Source: Octopus sinensis
Lineage: Eukaryota
NCBI RefSeq assembly: GCF_006345805.1
Contig: NW_021836533.1
Location: forward strand, 1-24,166
Reading direction: 5' to 3'
Length of the DNA: 24,166 bases
Shown here: positions 22,569 through 24,166 of the stretch, piece by piece
Layout of the letters: every line of letters starts with the position of its first letter
Numbering within the stretch: position 1 is the stretch's first letter
The notes under the pieces: model-generated
What the model saw: the letters and a program-made list of their open reading frames with translations, nothing else
What the model was told of the DNA's origin: nothing
The model's database searches: none
Program-made: the position numbers and the translations under genes

Positions 22569-22717
22569 ATTTATTCGTTATATTCGACGTGTGTATTTTA
22601 ATAGAGAGAAATTTGTAGTTTTGGTGTGTTAGCTCGATTTTTAGCGATATTCTGGTACTCTACTTAATTTATTTGAACATTTTACCGATATAGGTATAAA
22701 CTTGCTGGCCACTTCAT
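22569..22717 (-). mobile_element. Unclassified repeat X, copy 2
   Basis: Aligns by eye to about 24015-24166 (TATTCGTTA.ATTCG.CGTGTGTAT..TTAATAG; CTACTTAATTTATTT; TTTACC.ATATAGGT.TAAA). Confidence 0.7.
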
Positions 22718-22770
<53 letters not shown>

Positions 22771-23626
22771 TTTATTTATTTATTTTTTTATTTATTAAAT
22801 TTGGCTCAAAAGCAAAGAGCAAGGCCATGTAGGGGGACATGGAGTTAAGTACAGGGTGGTGTTCATGTGAAGAGTTCAGGCCACTTGAGGTCCAGGGAGG
22901 CTTTGAACAAAGCGGTCGTCGGCATCTTCACCATCTCTTCTGGCAGCTTGTTCCACGGATCGGCAACCCGGACGGAGAAAGCTCCTCTCCTTCGATTGAG
23001 ACGAAATCGTCGCAGGTAGAGCTTTTCGAAATGACCCCGCAGCCGACGCTCTGGAGCAGGAGTGAAGAACAGCTCTTTCGAGAGGTTACACTTTCCGCTT
23101 ATGATGTTGTGGGCAAGAATGAGATCACCACGGCGGCGGCGTTTATCAAGAGAATAAAGGTCGAGCATCCTCAGCCTTTCTTCGTAGGACAAATTTTTGA
23201 GACCATGAACCATGCGGGTAGCCAGCTTCTGGACTCTTTCGAGATGCTGTATGTCTTTGAGGAGATAAGGAGAAGAGGCTTGAATCCCATACTCCAATAT
23301 GGGTCTCACCAGCGTGACATAGAGTGGTAGGAATATGGCTGCTGTGAGCATTCCGAATGACAGTCGAACCAAGAACAGAATTCCGCGTGCTTTGTTGGCA
23401 GCATTGACGCACTGGGCTGAAGGCGAAAAGGAGGAATCCACCAAGATACCCAGGTCCTTTACCTGACGGGTCCTCTCCAGCAGCAGACGACCCGGCTCGA
23501 AATCAAGTTGAGTTGCAGGAGTAGAGCCGACAGGCAGATGACAGCACTTTGACACGTTCAGACACAGGTCCCAATCGTTAGACCACTTCCAAATTTGGTG
23601 GAGGCATCGACGAAGATCCTCGATAT
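22771..23626 (-). mobile_element. Young 5'-truncated CR1 LINE of a second family, inserted in (TAC)n
   Basis: Uninterrupted frame IEDLRRCL..VKDLGILVD..LYVTLVRPILEYG..LERVQKLATRMV.GLKNLSYEERLRMLDLYSLDKRRRRGDLI..WNKLP (stop at 22863). Short 3' UTR and (TAAA)n tail. (TAC)n at 22718-22770 and 23627-23746. Confidence 0.93.
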
Positions 23627-23685
<59 letters not shown>

Positions 23686-23705
23686 TTACTACTACTACTA
23701 CTACT

Positions 23706-23746
<41 letters not shown>

Positions 23747-23779
23747 GTTATTATTATTATTATTATTACTATTATTAAT

Positions 23780-24166
23780 GGTAATAATACCTTACTCAGT
23801 TTTATGTTGTACTGGTTCATTTTATGTTCGTTTTTGAATGCCGCGCGGGCATCCGGATGAAAGAACGCGCACGGTGTAGTGTAATGAATATTTTCAAAGA
23901 CTATGCAGTAAGTCGGGCTGATGGGCCTTAAGTATATTGATACGAAAGTTGAAATCAATTAATACCGGAATATCTCTCTTCTTGCTTCTATAGTTCATAC
24001 AAGGTAAGCCTATTCCTGTTATATTCGTTACATTCGTCGTGTGTATATCTTAATAGTGGGAGGTTTGTGACTTTGGACAGTCAGCTCTATTTTTAGCAAG
24101 TCGTATGCTAATACCCTACTTAATTTATTTCTATAGTTTACCTATATAGGTGTAAATGGTCAGGCC
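23780..24166 (-). mobile_element. Unclassified repeat X, copy 1 (3' end with (TAA)n tail, continues beyond window)
   Basis: Homologous to 22569-22717. Degraded frames NKLSRVLAYDLLKIELT and IPVLIDFNFRINILKAHQPDLLHSL*, a structured segment, then (TAA)n. Confidence 0.55.

Noticed and set aside
16481-23626. Both 5'-truncated CR1 copies begin just downstream of the RT YADD motif
   Set aside because: Only two cases with typical truncation lengths, so probably coincidence.
24010-24166. Frame GLTIYTYIGK with TAA/TAG shared by both X copies, suggesting a GIY-YIG domain in a ciliate-type genetic code
   Set aside because: Substitutions between the copies show little codon-position bias in that frame (about 11:9:13 by hand count). 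The neighbouring frame is open in copy 2 under the standard code and also has synonymous changes.

Overview
Eukaryotic, AT-rich intergenic or intronic DNA made almost entirely of microsatellites and transposable elements. No host protein-coding gene can be supported. The SINE families look like those I recall from Octopus/cephalopod genomes (inference, not checked). Main contents: (1) a nearly complete CR1-group LINE (3034-~7610, minus) whose ORF1 unusually combines a Myb/SANT-like N-terminal domain with a CCCH finger; (2) short Penelope-type elements next to (TA)n tracts carrying minimal hammerhead ribozymes, one with an intact core (11929-11971), plus several fold-back inverted repeats; (3) a complete non-autonomous Helitron (9240-10970) with an internal tandem repeat and a nested SINE; (4) an Hsmar1-like mariner (18208-21339) interrupted by a 1.6-kb ORF1-only zinc-knuckle retroelement, with an ~860-bp duplication of the target; (5) a same-strand train of R4/Dong fragments, an unclassified element and a young CR1, separated by (TAA)n/(TAG)n tracts (21384-24166); (6) tRNA-derived SINEs and an 11.4-kb-spaced direct duplication. 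Most ORF-track entries are microsatellite or antisense artefacts.
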